From Podarcis pityusensis (lineage: Eukaryota), in NCBI GenBank assembly GCA_964106645.2, contig OZ067038.1: a stretch of DNA of 64,000 nucleotides; one strand, given 5' to 3'. The notes beneath the pieces are model-generated. The model was not told where the DNA came from, made no database searches, and saw only the letters and a program-made list of their open reading frames with translations. Positions within the stretch are counted from its first letter, which is position 1. The number at the start of each line of letters is the position of its first letter. Of the stretch, positions 11,325 to 24,744 are shown piece after piece. A program made the translations under genes and the position numbers.

Positions 11325-13589
11325 CTGTGGATACATGATGTTATATTTTAACTGGCATTCACAGCGGCATTATGAATCTGAAGTTCTAATAATGGGACTG
11401 GAAAAACACCTCCCAAAAAATAATAATCAGCAAATGCTTTCAAAGCAATGCACCACACCCATTAACACCTTGTATTTAAATGATTATGGGGAAATTTGGA
11501 TGAACTTTATGCAGGGATTTTCATCTTGAAGAATATGAACAGGAAGATTAAGGAAATAATATCCATTTCTTACAAATATAGATACAAGATTATTACAAAG
11601 TAACTTGAGTCAGCTTTCCAAATTTCATAACCTCTTGCTTAACACATAACAAAACTGCCTGCAAGCAATAAATAGTTAACAGTACCTGTTTACCCGAGGC
11701 AACAGTTTGTTCAGACCCAAGGCTCCAGGCAAATTCCTAGATTCTGTACTCCTAGATTCTTGTCAGGTTTTCACTATCCTGGAGTCAGCTGCGTTGTATG
11801 TCAATCTAAGGCCACTTAACCAACAGGTCAGCTTTATGTTGTAAAATGACAGTCTGATATTAAACATAGATCCATATATGACAGGGTATACGAGCCCCTA
11901 GATAGTATGTATAAGACAATAATCACTTGAAGCCTGAACTACAAAGCTAAATACACTTTATCTTGATCTTCCATATCCAATAGCTGTTTGGCATTTCAGC
12001 ATTTTGTTTTCAACAGATTTAAGTTCCAGTTAAGGAAGCAATCCTATACATGCTTCTCTGGGTGTAAGTCCCATTGAGCTCATTAGTGATTACTTCACTA
12101 AAGCTTGCATACTCTCCCTTCCCTTTGCATTTAAGAATTAAATCTTCCATACCTGGTTTGTTATAAGCAGCAGTTTCCTATTTTATCTGAATACAGGAAA
12201 CTGTGGTTTGTAGGAACCACAGTAAGTTAACATGCCAGGACATCAAACCATGGTTAGTTGTTACACATGAACTGAGTCAGTAAGAGGCTTAGTTCAGTTC
12301 AGTTGGCCAGCTTCACAAATTTCTAGACTTCATTTATGAAATTGTTAAGTGGGATTTGTAATATACTATATGGAGGTCAAATACTCTCCTGTGCGAACCT
12401 CCATGAAACAAAAGGAAAAATGCATTCTGCCATTTGGAGTAAGTTGGAAAGAAATTCAAAACCCATTAGGAGATGCTATGAGCTTGGATCAGGACTGAGA
12501 AATGGCCTAGGGACTGGCATATGGATGTAGATTTCCTCCTAAAATTTGTTTAGCATGACATGAACAGAATATTTATTACTGTTAAAGAACAAACAAATAG
12601 GGGAGACCACTATCTAGGAGGGTACATGTAAGAGCCTGCCATATACTTACAGCAATTGTTGGATAACAATTTGGGTTATCAGTGCTGTGACCTGAATACA
12701 CTAACCTATATTTTGTCCTTCCTTGAAAACACCTTTTCTTTTTCTTTTCTTTTTTTTAAAGGCTCCTCCTGTTATCAAAAGCATTAGGAGAATCTACATG
12801 CTAATTATTAGCTCTGCAACAAAGGCACAGCTCTGATCTACTCAAACTGCATTTACACTGGTATGCCAATGAAAATAAAAATGCTTATTTGAAAGTATCG
12901 GTCAAAGTCATGGATCAAAAGGATAACTTTTAATATTTCCTTTTCCTCAACAGCAAACTGCTAGTAATCAATTATCTATAATCAATTATCTATAATTGTA
13001 TATCTACCTGTAAAATAAATCAAAATAACATAACATAAAAATAAAAATATGATCTCAAAACATGAACAATGCCAGAGAAGCATCACAGGGGGGTGGGAAT
13101 CTATTATAAAAGTTATGTCAGAACCAACGAAGCAATACTTTCATAAATAAATTACTGCAGACTGAAATGGATAAGCCAAACTACAGCTCTAAAGAGTAAC
13201 AAGTCCTCATATTGAAGAAAGAAGCCAAATTATTGTGGGGGAGGTGGAGGCAGGTCTGAAGAAGAGTGTGTGTAATTGCCGTAATATGTATTCCACTCAT
13301 GCTGGCAATGTTGAAACAGCATGGAAAGGACAGGCAGAATCTTGGGAAGCCTCTCATTGTGACACTGTCAGGGCTCTGGAAGAGAACAGGAACCAGAAGA
13401 GGTGCCAAGGGTGAATATGAACAAACTCCCATAAAGGGTTTTTTAATTGAAGGAAAGACTTTGAAAATGGAGAAAGGCAAGATAATGGCAGTATCAATGG
13501 ACAGTGAAACATCTGTCCAAATATAAACTGACTGCAGGAAGTTCATTCCCAGTATATGATGAACACATCCACAACAACATATTTCTGAT

Positions 13590-14075
13590 ACCCCCACCCA
13601 TCTGACTGAGTTGCCCCAGCCACTCTGGGTGGCTTCCAAGAAAAATACAGGGGGGAAACAAACATGAAAAGCTTTCTGAAACAGGGCTGTCTTCAGATGT
13701 TTATAAAAAAAATTATAGCTGTTTAACTCTTTGGCATCTGCCAGAAAGGCATTCCACAAGGTGTGGGTACAGCTACTGAAAAGGCATTTTCCGGATTCCT
13801 GTAATTTCACTTCTTGCAGGGAGATAACCTCCAGAAGGCCCTCAGACCTGGACCCCAGTGTCTGTGCTGAACAATGTAGGTGGAGATGCTCCTTCAGGAA
13901 TACCAGGCCGAGGCCATTTAGGGCTTTGAAGGTCAACACCAACACTTTGAATTGTGCTTGGAAACTGCTGTTATATGGTCTGGCTGGCTGCTCCCAGTCA
14001 CCAGTCTAGCAGCTGCATTCTGGATTAATTGTAGTTTTCAAGTCACCTTCAAAGGTAGCCTCATGCGGAGCATGT
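13590..14075 (-). mobile_element. Decayed L2 LINE 3' fragment
   Basis: ORF 13181-13945 begins LVLTFKALNGLG...KTALF, matching the L2 C-terminus at 6380-7162; CCCCACCCATCTG..GCCCCAGCCACTCTGGG 3' UTR. Confidence 0.85.
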
Positions 14076-14982
14076 CTATGGTGAAATGGTACAAGCTAAA
14101 CTCATGGAGGGAGAAAGGGGATCATGCCTGATGACCTATCTCCACAGGATCCAGTTGAACCCGGATGTCTATTGTCTTTAAACCAGACTTTAAACCAGCG
14201 AAGGAACACCTAAAGGGCACCATTAGGCTTGCTGGATAATATAACATCTAAAGGGAGTCTAAATCTAAACCTCGTTAAAATAGAAGTGAGGCATATATTC
14301 AACCATGTCCATTTTAAATAATACATCTTTCCAATTATAGAGCTTGGGATATTTATTTTGGTATGGCAAACTATACTAACAGAAAAGCACCAACATCACA
14401 TGCCAAAGATGTCTTCAGTATTCAAATTTACATTCACCAGGGTAGTCCCACACATATTAAGTGTTGCATTTATGATGTTAATAATATTTTTTAACCACCT
14501 TTCATTTCCAAAAAAAACCTGGAGTTGATCACTTTATCAAACTCTGTATCCTTTGCCAAAGATTGCTCAGCTAAAATAACTGCAAAGCGAGAACATATTT
14601 CTTGGAACAGTGGCAATTTCATTTTGTTATTAATTTACTTTACTGAAACTACACATGTTAGTTATTAGTACACTGTGTTTTTTGTATATTCAAGTCACTC
14701 TGCAGACAATTAGTATTTTCAGGAGCACTGGCTGTGGAAATGATAGTCATCTTCCCTTCTGCCTCTGCTGGAGAAGCTGCGTAAGTTTGCCACCATTACT
14801 GTGGCTGTTGACAAAATACAAATCCTTCCCCTCTCCTGACACTTCCACTGGCTGTGTCCACGTTAAACAACACGTGTGATCTTCTTAATGGGAACCCTGC
14901 TGACGTCTGATATTGTTGCTGATACAATATACAAATCTTGTCTCTCATGCTTGCACTTCCAGGGGTAACTCCACGGAGATTA

Positions 14983-15287
14983 CAGTGGTGCCCCACAAGA
15001 CGAATGCCTCGCAAGACGAAAAACTCGCTAGACGAAAGGGTTTTGCGTTTTTTGAGTCGTCCCGCAAGACGAATTTCCCTATAGGCTTGCTTCGCAAGAC
15101 AAAACGTCTTGCGAGTTCTTGCGAGTTTGTTTCCTTTTTCTTAAAGCTGCTAAGCCGCTAAGCCGTTAATAGCCGCTAAGCCGCTAATAGCCGCTAAGCC
15201 GCTAATAGCCGTGCTTCGCAAGACGAAAAAACCGCAAGACGAAGAGACTCGCGGAACGGATTAATTTCGTCTTGCGAGGCACCACTG
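14983..15287. mobile_element. Tigger/pogo-like MITE (second family) with internal tandem repeats
   Basis: 22-bp TIRs CAGTGGTGCCCCACAAGACGAA / TTCGTCTTGCGAGGCACCACTG (2 mismatches), TA TSD, repeated GCAAGACGAA motifs, and a (CTAAGCCG/CTAATAGCCG) array at 15150-15210. Confidence 0.9.
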
Positions 15288-15293
15288 TATGCT

Positions 15294-18200
15294 GTTGTTG
15301 TTTAGTTGTTTAGTCGTGTCCGACTCTTCGTGACTCCATGGACCAGAGCACGCCAGGCACTTCTGTCTTCCACTGTCTCCCGCAGTTTGGTCAGACTCAT
15401 GTTTGTAGCTTCGAGAACACTGTCCAACCATCTCGTCCTCTGTCGTCCCCTTCTCCTTGTGCCCTCAATCTTTCCCAACATCAGGGACTTTTCCAGGGAG
15501 TCTTCTCTTCTCATGAGGTGGCCAAAGTACTGGAGCCTCAGCTTCACGATCTGTCCTTCCAGTGAGCACTCAGGGCTAATTTCCTTAAGAATGGATGCGT
15601 TTTATCCTCTTGCAGTCCATGGGACTCTCAAGAGTCTCCTCCAGCACCATAATTCAAAAGCATCAATTCTTCGGTGATCAGCCTTCTTTATGGTCCAGCT
15701 CTCACTTCCATACATCACTACTGGGAAAACCATGGCTTTAACTATACGGACCTTTGTTGGCAAGGTGATGTCTCTGCTTTTTAAGATGCTGTCTAGGTTT
15801 GCCATCGCCTTTCTCCCAAGGAGCAGGTGTCTTTTAATTTCGTGACTGCTGTTACCATCTGTAGTGATCATGGAGCCCGAGAAAGTAAAATCTCTCACTG
15901 CCTCCATTTCTTCCCCTTCTATTTGCCAGGAGGTGATGGGCCCAGTGGCCATGATCTTCATTTTTTTGATGTTGAGCTTCAGACCATATTTTGCGCTCTC
16001 CTCTTTCACCCTCATTAAAAGGTTCTTTAATTCCTCCTCACTTTCTGCCATCAAGGTTGTGTCATCTGCATATCTGAGGTTGTTGATATTTCTTCCGGCA
16101 ATCTTAATTCCGGCTTGGGATTCATCCAGCCCAGCCTTTCGCATGATGAATTCTGCATATAAGTTAAATAAGCAGGGAGACAATATACAGCCTTGCCGTA
16201 CTCCTTTCCCAATTTTGAACCAATCAGTTGTTCCATATCCAGTTCTAACTGTAGCTTCTTGTCCCACATAGAGATTTCTCAGGAGACAGATGAGGTGATC
16301 AGGCACTCCCATTTCTTTAAGAACTTGCCATAGTTTGCTGTGGTCGACACAGTCAAAGGCTTTTGCATAGTTAATGAAGCAGAAGTAGATGTCTTTCTGG
16401 AACTCTCTAGCTTTCTCCATAATCCAGCGCATGTTTGCAATTTGGTCTCTGGTTCCTCTGCCTCTTCTAAATCCAGCTTGCACTTCTGGGAGTTCTCGGT
16501 CCACCTACTGCTTGAGCCTTCCTTGTAGAATTTTAAGCATAACCTTGCTAGCATGTGAAATGAGTGCAATTGTGCGGTAGTTGGACCATTATTTGGCACT
16601 GCCCTTCTTTGGGATTGGGATGTAGACTGTTCTTCTCCAATCCTCTGGCCACTGCTGAGTTTTCCAAACTTGCTGGCATATTGAGTGTAGCACCTTAACA
16701 GCATCATCTTTTAAAATTTTAAGTAGTTCAGCTGGAATACCATCACTTCCACTGGCCTTGTTATTTGCAGTGCTTTCTAAGGCCCATTTGACTTCACTCT
16801 CCAGGATGTCTGGCTCAGGGTCAGCAACCATACTACCTGGGGTGTACGAGCCATCCATATCTTTCTGGTATAATTCCTCTGTGTATTCTTGCCACCTCTT
16901 CTTGATGTCTTCTGCTTCTCTTAGGTCCTTACCACTTTTGTCCTTTATTATGGTAATCTTTGTACGAAATGTCCCTTTCATATCTCTAATTTTCTTGAAC
17001 AGATCTCTAGTTCTTCCCATTCTGTTGTTTTCCTCTATTTCTTTGCATTGCTCGTTTAAGAAGGCCTTCTTGTCTCTCCTTGCTATTTTTTGGAAATCTG
17101 CATTCAATTTCCTGTATCTTCCACTATCTCTCTCGCATTTTGCTTGCCTTCTCTCCTCCGCTATTTGTAAGGCCACGTTGGACAGCCACTTTGCTTTCTT
17201 GCATTTCCTTTTCATTGGGATGGTTTTCGTTGCTGCCTCCTGTATAATGTTGCGAGCCTCCATCCATAGTTCTTCAGGCACTCTGTCCACCAAATCTAAA
17301 TCCTTAAACCTGTTCCTCACTTCCACTGTGTATTCATAAGGGATTTGACTTAGATTGTATCTTACTGGCCCAGTGGTTTTTCCTACTTTCTTCAGTTTAA
17401 GCTTGAATTTTGCTATAAGAAGCTGATGATCTGAGCCACAGTCCGCTCCAGGTCTTGTTTTTGCTGACTGTATAGAGCTTTTCCATTTTTGGCTGCAGAG
17501 AATCTAATCAATCTGATTTCGATGCTGCCCATCTGGTGATGTCCATGTGTAGAGTCGTCTCTTGTGTTGTTGGAAAAGAGTGTTTGTGATGACCAGCTTG
17601 TTCTCTTGGCAGAACTCTATTAGCCTTTGCCCTGCTTTGTTTTGAACTCCAAGGCCAAACTTGCCAGTTGTTCCTTTTATCTCTTGACTCCCTACTTTAG
17701 CATTCCAATCCCCTATAATGAGAAGAACATCCTTCTTTGGTCTCAATTCTATAAGGTGTTGTAAGTCTTCATAGAATTGGTCAATTTCAGTTTCTTCAGC
17801 ACCAGTGGTTGGTGCATAAACTTGGATTACTGTGATGTTAAAAGGTCTGCCTTGGATTCGTATCGAGATCATTCTATTATTTTTGAGATTGCATCCCAAT
17901 ACAGCTTTTGCCACTCTTTTGTTGACTATGAGGGCCACTCCATTTCTTTTATGGGATTCTTGCCCACAGTAGTAGATATGATGGTCATCCGAACTGAATT
18001 CGCCCATTCCCATCCATTTTAGTTCACTGATGCCCAGGATGTCAATATTTATTCTTGCCATCTCATTTTTGACCACATCCAACTTACCAAGGTTCATGGT
18101 TCTTACATTCCAGGTTCCTATGCAATATTTTTCTTTACAGCATTGGACTTTCCTTTCGCTTCCAGGCATATCCGCAACTGAGCGTCCTTTCGGCTTTGGC

Positions 18201-18514
18201 CCAGCCGCTTCATCAGCTCTGAATCTACTTGTACTTGTCCTCCGCTCTTCCTCAGTAGCATGTTGGACGCCTTCCGACCTGAGGGGCTCATCTTCCAGCG
18301 TCATAACTTTTATATGCCTTTTGTCTTTGTCCATGGAGTTTTCTTGGCAGGAATACTGGAGTGGCTTGCCGGTTGCTGCTCCAGGTGGATCACGTTTGGT
18401 CAAAACTCTCCACTATGACCTGTCCATCTTGGGTGGCCCTGTACGGCATAGCTTATAGCTTCTCCAAGTTATTCAAGCCCCTTCGCCACGGCAAGGCAGT
18501 GATCCATGAAGGGG
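15294..18514 (-). mobile_element. Full-length Bov-B (RTE clade) LINE
   Basis: Bov-B 5' UTR (CTTCATGGATCACTGCCTTG...), APE + RT ORF, (CAA)n tail. TSD GGAGATTATGCT at 18515-18526; the left copy is split by the MITE. Confidence 0.97.
15302..18403 (-). pseudogene. Bov-B endonuclease/reverse transcriptase ORF, 1034 codons with four premature stops
   Basis: ORF pieces 17504-18403, 16589-17326, 15602-16504 and 15302-15547 share one frame. APE motifs IGTWNVRT, QVYAPT, GDWNAKVG, SDH; RT motifs QGCILSP, YADD. Stops at 17504, 16589, 16505 and 15602. Confidence 0.95.
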
Positions 18515-19926
18515 GGAGATTATGCTATGGTAATCTAAATAGGAGGTTACCAAAGTGTGGATCACCATAGCAAGGCTATCCTGGTCCAGGAGAAGCCACA
18601 GCCAATAAGACTTGGAAAAATGCACCAGTAGCCACCAAGATCACTTAATCACATATGATTGCACCCACTGGGTGGCAGTAGTGATGACAAAGAGAGCTTG
18701 ACTCTCTAAGGACACAGCATCTTCAAGCGGCTGTCAAGCAGCCAAGCTTAAGTTGAGGATGTGGCTGGTTGCTTCCAGTCTCCCTTCTGGGTCATCAATT
18801 CCCCCTAAAGCTGAACGTGACAATTTCCCAAGGCACTTTCAATTATTTAATGATTTTTTTAAAAAAAATCATTGCAGTGTGTTCAGGTACTCCATAAGGA
18901 CTACATCATGCCCCGTGGGCATTCCAGAAGTTATGACCCACTGAAATTAATAAGCATGGCAAATTTGGGTCCATTAATTTCAGCAAATCTACTCTGAGTA
19001 AAACTTAGTTGAATACAACTCAGATCTCTACCTGCTTTTTGGGATGGAGCTTTCTTTTCATCTTCCCCAACCCACAAATGGCTGATGGGTGGTTGTATGA
19101 TTAGCTGCAATTATTGGAATAACTTTGCTCTCATTTATTAGTTCATTCTCAACTTTGGTCTCTCAATTTGGTTTCATTTTTCAGATGCATGTCCTGAAGA
19201 GAGAACTGTCCAGATGTGTTCATTTTCCCCAAATTTCCTTTTATGATGTCAGATGCAAAGAATGTGTAATATCTTTCTCTCTCTCATGGGTACATATTTC
19301 AGACCTTCATTATCTAGAGATATAACTGACTGCCACGCAGACTTTCTACTTCTAATATTTCATATAGTTAAATATCCAGTTTATTTGTTTTCAGGAAAAT
19401 CCTCTTAGACCTTAAATGTAACTTGCTAAGCCAAATGCACTATTTTTCTCATTCTGATTACACTTCCAATTTTTGCACAATACCTTTTTGGTTTTTAATC
19501 TTTTCTTTGTATGATGCAATTTCATGTCTTTTTCTTCTATATCGTTTTCATTTGATTGGATTGAGGATGCAGCCTAAACGTTCTTGGTAAATAGTAAGTG
19601 TGGAAATAAAACATTTACCTCTTTAAGCATCTAGTGTACCTAGAACAATGCCCAAATTTCCCCAATACATAGCACTCTATCTATCACATTTCAAGTATCA
19701 TCTATACCTTGCAAACATCAAGAGGAATCTGGGCAGATGCATGTAATCTTTGAGATTTATTAATTATTGTCTGACCTAGAATTATTTAGATACCTGTTTT
19801 CTTTTTATAGTGTCCTGTAAGCCAGTAGTGAGCAGACTTTAGGCTACTTTGTTTTTTAATTAGAGCTCTAAGGCTTAAGTGGTATACTAGCATCTCAGCA
19901 GGTGAGTCACTTGATTGCTTACCAGG

Positions 19927-20343
19927 TGTCAGGATGCTGTCAGCGGCTACTGGCTGGTTGCCCAGGAAGTATAAAGACAAGGGAAAGCTTCTTACCATCC
20001 TCTTGGATAATGGCATTGTCCCAAGTGAATCTCCACCCCCGTCTTTCCCACTTCCTCATTCGGGTGCTGCTATGTGCCCTCTGTCTTTAAGCTCTTTGCT
20101 CTCCTACTTTTAAGGCTTGCCAGGTTCTGGGAAATTGAGGGTCTGGAGTGCTTTCTAATGACACCATGCTAGCCAGCTGCTGCTCTAGTTCTGCCTTCCC
20201 AACTTTCCCCCTCATCTGCCTCTGAGCTGTGACCCTCCGCAAACCACTGTTGTAAATCTATACTGTCTTCCTCTTCCTCCTCCCTGGAAGGGTCAAGATG
20301 GGGAGGCAGTCTCCACCATTCCTCCTCTGCCCAGTCGCTGACA
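19927..20343 (-). mobile_element. Solo LTR (Gypsy-like), 417 bp
   Basis: Inverted termini TGTCAG...CTGACA; exact 5-bp TSD CCAGG (19922-19926 and 20344-20348). Confidence 0.85.
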
Positions 20344-22673
20344 CCAGGAGAGGGGAAAGTTGGAAAGGAGGTTGGCACATTGGACGTGCACCAGTAGAGC
20401 CAGGCCAGCACTCCTTGCCAGTGCTTTTGCACCATGCCGACCTCCCCACCATCTTGGCCCTCTCCCTCCCAGTATGCAACAGTGAACTACCTGCCAGGAA
20501 GTAGTGTAACAGTCCACCTAGCAAGCTGCTTCTGCCCTGAGGTATAAACATCCAGAGCCAAGAGAAAAGAAGAGACTCAGGAGGAATATGGACACACCCT
20601 TAAAATTAAAGAACATGGTGCCTCTGGGCACATACTAAGTCCAAGAATTCGTTTCCAATTCCATAATTGTGCTTCCAGTCCTTTCAAACAAAGATCCACT
20701 CCTCAATTTCCTTCAGGCTGGCTTAATTCTAGCAGCCTAGCAGTTGCTGCTATTGTTAGACAACTGGGAGTGAGAAAGTATTGCCAATCTACTGCAATTC
20801 ACCCAGAAACCTACCATGTAGGTGCTGATCTTCCCCCTGCCCACACCTGATGTAAGGCATTGAGGCAATCCAAAATGCCAATAATGACCTGAGAATGTGT
20901 GCTTTTGGGAACAGCCAATTTTAAAATTTCAGTTTACTTAATTAAGTGACTGAGTGCAATGATGTGTCTCCTGCCAGATTCATCTGGCTTCTTGCCGTGG
21001 CCATTTCCCCCTAGGGCTTATTGTAGGCGATTAAGGCATTTGCTGAAGATGGACCATCTCCCTGAGCAAGTCAAGTCCATTCTGCTGTTAATCAACTGCA
21101 ATCCCACAAGTTCTAATCAAATGTAAAACTGTGGTATCCGACACTCACTGATTGCTAGGTCAAAATTTTCAACCCAAAGGTGAAAATCTGGAACTGTACT
21201 GCCTGAAATAAAGGCTTCTGCCTTCTGATGTGGAGCTAAGGCGTATTGCTCAAGTTGCACATCAGCATGGTGCACTGAGAAAAACCAGTGTTATTGTTTG
21301 TTAATAGAGTGAAATGTTCTGAGAAAACTCTTGATGCAAATGTTTTATGATGCCAGCTGATCTCTTGGGATCCCCAATTAAGTTCCAAACTGGCAGCGAG
21401 CTCTGCAATTTTAACACCTTCTAGCCTGAACATGAATACGACCCAGCCTCACTCAGCCTTGCCCCATCATGAGCTCAAAGCTAATTTGGAGCTAGCTGTT
21501 ATTCATCATCGCTGCTAAGGTTCATGAGCTGTGTTCAAAATCCATGATTTCCTCTTATGCTTTTTAAAAATACTTTCCTGAAATTAAAATATCAAAAAGC
21601 TTTGCCTAGTGCTGTCCAACATGTCAGAATGTTGGCTGTTCCTAGCACAGTACTCTCAAGTCGTCCAACTTGTGCCTCTCTATCCTGCAGCATGAAGCTA
21701 GGATAGCCTTCACCAATGATGACAATGTACTGGAACTGCCAGCTGCACTGGGAACTTTCACAGAGCAGGCCTCCTGCTCCCACCTGTCTCGCAGTGATTA
21801 GGCAGAGAAGACCATATCATCTGTCACCATCAACCGTGTCTCTCTTTCTGTATGGGATTCAGAGAAGGAGCTCTCCACCTTAGGTTACAGAATGAGCAGG
21901 TTGGTACGGGAGGAGGCATACTTCAAATATCCTGGACCCAAGCCATTCAGGAGGACTTGCAGTTTGGGCCATTTGCTTTTTGAGGGTCACTACACTTCTT
22001 CCTTAAGAAGAAAGACGGAGGGGATAGCTTGTCCTCAATATCCATATGTGAGGAACTATCTATAGAGTTTAAAGTGCCCATTTCCTAGTAAGATGGTCCA
22101 CAGATACTTGCTGGAGTCCCGCAATGTATGAGAACAGAGGCAAAAAAAAAAAAAAAGGTTCTTTATACATTTTAAAAAGCAGAGGCTTCCAGTGCATTGT
22201 GCCTCTGTACCAGAGGATAATCCCTGCTGTGGGAGCAGCATAGTACCCATCCCACAGACATTAACAAGGTGAGATGAAACTCTCAGTGCTCACCTGGAAG
22301 CATGAAATAGCCAGCCTCATTTCTATTGTCCCTCAGTCAAAAATAGCTGTTATGATTCTGTGCACAGCATGCATTCATATTACAGCCCATGAATTTTCCT
22401 TTGCTAAATTGCAACATGCAAGAAACAGTAGAACCCAGAAAGCTTTCATTCCCCCCCCCCCCCCACTGTGGGCACTTCCAGACAGTCGCTATTTAGCATA
22501 TGGGATTCAACTGCATACTAGCAAATTCAGGTTCCACAGCTGAACAGGGATTTGGTGATCTTGTGCAACAAACTTGCTTCCCCCCCAAAATGGACTTTTT
22601 GAGGTAAGGAAAGTGACAGGAAAATGCACTGGAAAATCGTGGGAGAACAATTGCTTGATGTGACATCATATTA

Positions 22674-23060
22674 AAAGGTAAAAAAAGGTAAAGGACCCCT
22701 TGGATGGTTAAGTTCAGTCGAATTCGACTATGGGGTGCAGTGCTCATGTACGCTTTCAGGCCAAGGGAGCCGGCGTTTGTCTGCACATCTTTCTGGGTCA
22801 TGTGGCCAACATGACTAAACCGCTTCTGGCATAACGGAACACCTGATGGAAGCCAGAGTGCATGGAAACACCGTTTACCTTCCTGCCACAGTGGTACTTA
22901 TTTATCTACTTGTGCCGGAATGCTTTTGAGCTGCTAGGTTGACCGGAGCTGGAACAGGGCAATGGGAGCTCACTCTGTCGCGTGGATTCAAACTGCTGAC
23001 CTTGTGATCAGCAAGCTCAAGAGGCTCAGTGGTTTAGATCACAGCACCACCTGTGTCCCT
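22674..23060 (-). mobile_element. Sauria SINE, full length
   Basis: Family sequence; 13-bp TSD TGACATCATATTA (22661-22673 and 23061-23073). Confidence 0.93.
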
Positions 23061-23599
23061 TGACATCATATTATCTCCCCACAAGCAAATCAAAATTAAT
23101 AAATACTCAATTAGCAGCCAACACTGTATTACCTCCCAGAAAGCTTTGTTCGAATAAATCTGGATGAATGCTCAGGAAACAAGTTGTCCTGAGGTAGTTC
23201 AAAGCCGTATTTGGGGTTTGGCATCTTATTTGATGGAAACCGGAGGAGTATTTCCATCACTCCAATGCCCACCTTTTAAACAAACTGATACAAAAGGAAG
23301 GGAGGAACTAAAGTGGATAAGAAAGGAGGGAAGGGAAAGGGGAAGATAATGCCCTACATTAATTCATGTGATGCATCTTTTATGATCACAATCCAAGACG
23401 TTGAGAAATCACTTTATCCTAATCTTCTAAAATAAACCCTCTCCACAAACTTAATTGAACTATTGGGGGTTTTGGATGTATTGACATATGCCAAAAATTT
23501 AGGCCCTGTCCATCTTCACCATTCTCCCCTAACATTGTTGTCATCATCAATTACTACCACCAGGTCTCAGTATGGATTATGACTATTATGGTGACAGGT

Positions 23600-23885
23600 A
23601 CAACTCTCTGGGGAGAGCATTCCACAGTCAGGAAGCCATCACTGAGAAGGCTGAGTCTTATGTTAATATTATATTAATAAGATGAAATTAAAAGAGAGAG
23701 AGAGAGAGAAGGCTGTTGCCAACATCTGCACCTCCCTTGGAGGATCCAGTGGGTGGAGGGTATCTCTAAGGTACTGGGGTCCTGAACACATAAGGTTTCA
23801 TAGGTCAAAACCAGTGCATTGATTTGAGTCTGGAAACTAAATGGCAGCTAATGCAGTTGTGCCAGGATTGGTGTTATATGATAAA
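23600..23885 (-). mobile_element. Old L2 fragment
   Basis: GGGAGAGCATTCCACAG...GCCATCACTGAGAAGGC and GGTCAAAACCAG...GGCAGCTAATGCAG resemble the L2 at 6475-6720. Confidence 0.55.
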
Positions 23886-24509
23886 ACCTCCTACTACTGG
23901 TCAACAACCTGGACCGCCTCCTCCAGTAAGGAACCCTTGTTTGACAACAATATCTCAAGAGGCAATGAAACCTATGGAGAACAGATGGAGAGAAGGGCAA
24001 ACCACTTAGAAGTTAATGTATTTCACAAGAGAATACATCTTTCTATCTGTCTTGGGAATTTTCCTGGCAGGAAAGACTGTGGGGAAATTTCCAGAGCCAA
24101 TCTGAAGGCTCACAGACGTGTGTCAAGCACCTTCATTATATAGTTATATAGTTTCCCTCATATGCTGAAAATGCACCTCTTTGCCTTGAGAAAAATTATA
24201 GTAATTGTTGACCAGCTGCCATTTGGAATTAAGATGGCGGACTGAAATGTGACCATGGCATGACTCTGCCTGTAGTCAAACTCAGCACAAGGCTTCCCGA
24301 GGTGGGGGAGGCCATCTTCATTGATGTTTGGATGCCAGGGGCCACTTTGAATCAAACTGGTTGACCAAAACATGGCTTGGGAGTGGCTTTGCCTGATTTT
24401 TGGCATGACAGGTAGAAACTCACAAATTGCACTGTCCATTAAAAAACCACCAATTTTTTTTTATTTCTGCAAATGCCAGAGCAGTGTCATGCGCTCCCTG
24501 CTAATATAA

Positions 24510-24557
<48 letters not shown>
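24510..24557. repeat. (TAA)n microsatellite
   Basis: Directly visible; similar tracts at 352-386, 4705-4750, 46764-46798 and 47488-47523. Confidence 0.95.
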
Positions 24558-24558
<1 letters not shown>

Positions 24559-24744
24559 GTATTTCTGCCTCTCCCTTCCACCTGCTGTAGCCACATGTCT
24601 TCTTCATCTGAACTTTGTAGCACCAAAAGGATTATACAGATTGAGCTGCCTATGTGTTCACATCAACAATTGTATAGCGACTTTTCTCCTTTCTGTTCAA
24701 GCCATTCTAGGACAGCTGCCCCACATGGTTACAAAAGAACAATA

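Noticed and set aside
12966-12997. 14-bp tandem duplication ATCAATTATCTATA (also a 21-bp-spaced repeat at ~58760-58796)
   Set aside because: Ordinary slippage events with no further structure.
15306-18458. Several plus-strand ORFs overlapping Bov-B
   Set aside because: Antisense shadows of the minus-strand RT frame.
18664-18680. CTCF-like motif CCACTGGGTGGCAG (others at ~44075 and ~48088)
   Set aside because: Each has core mismatches; expected by chance in 64 kb without ChIP data.
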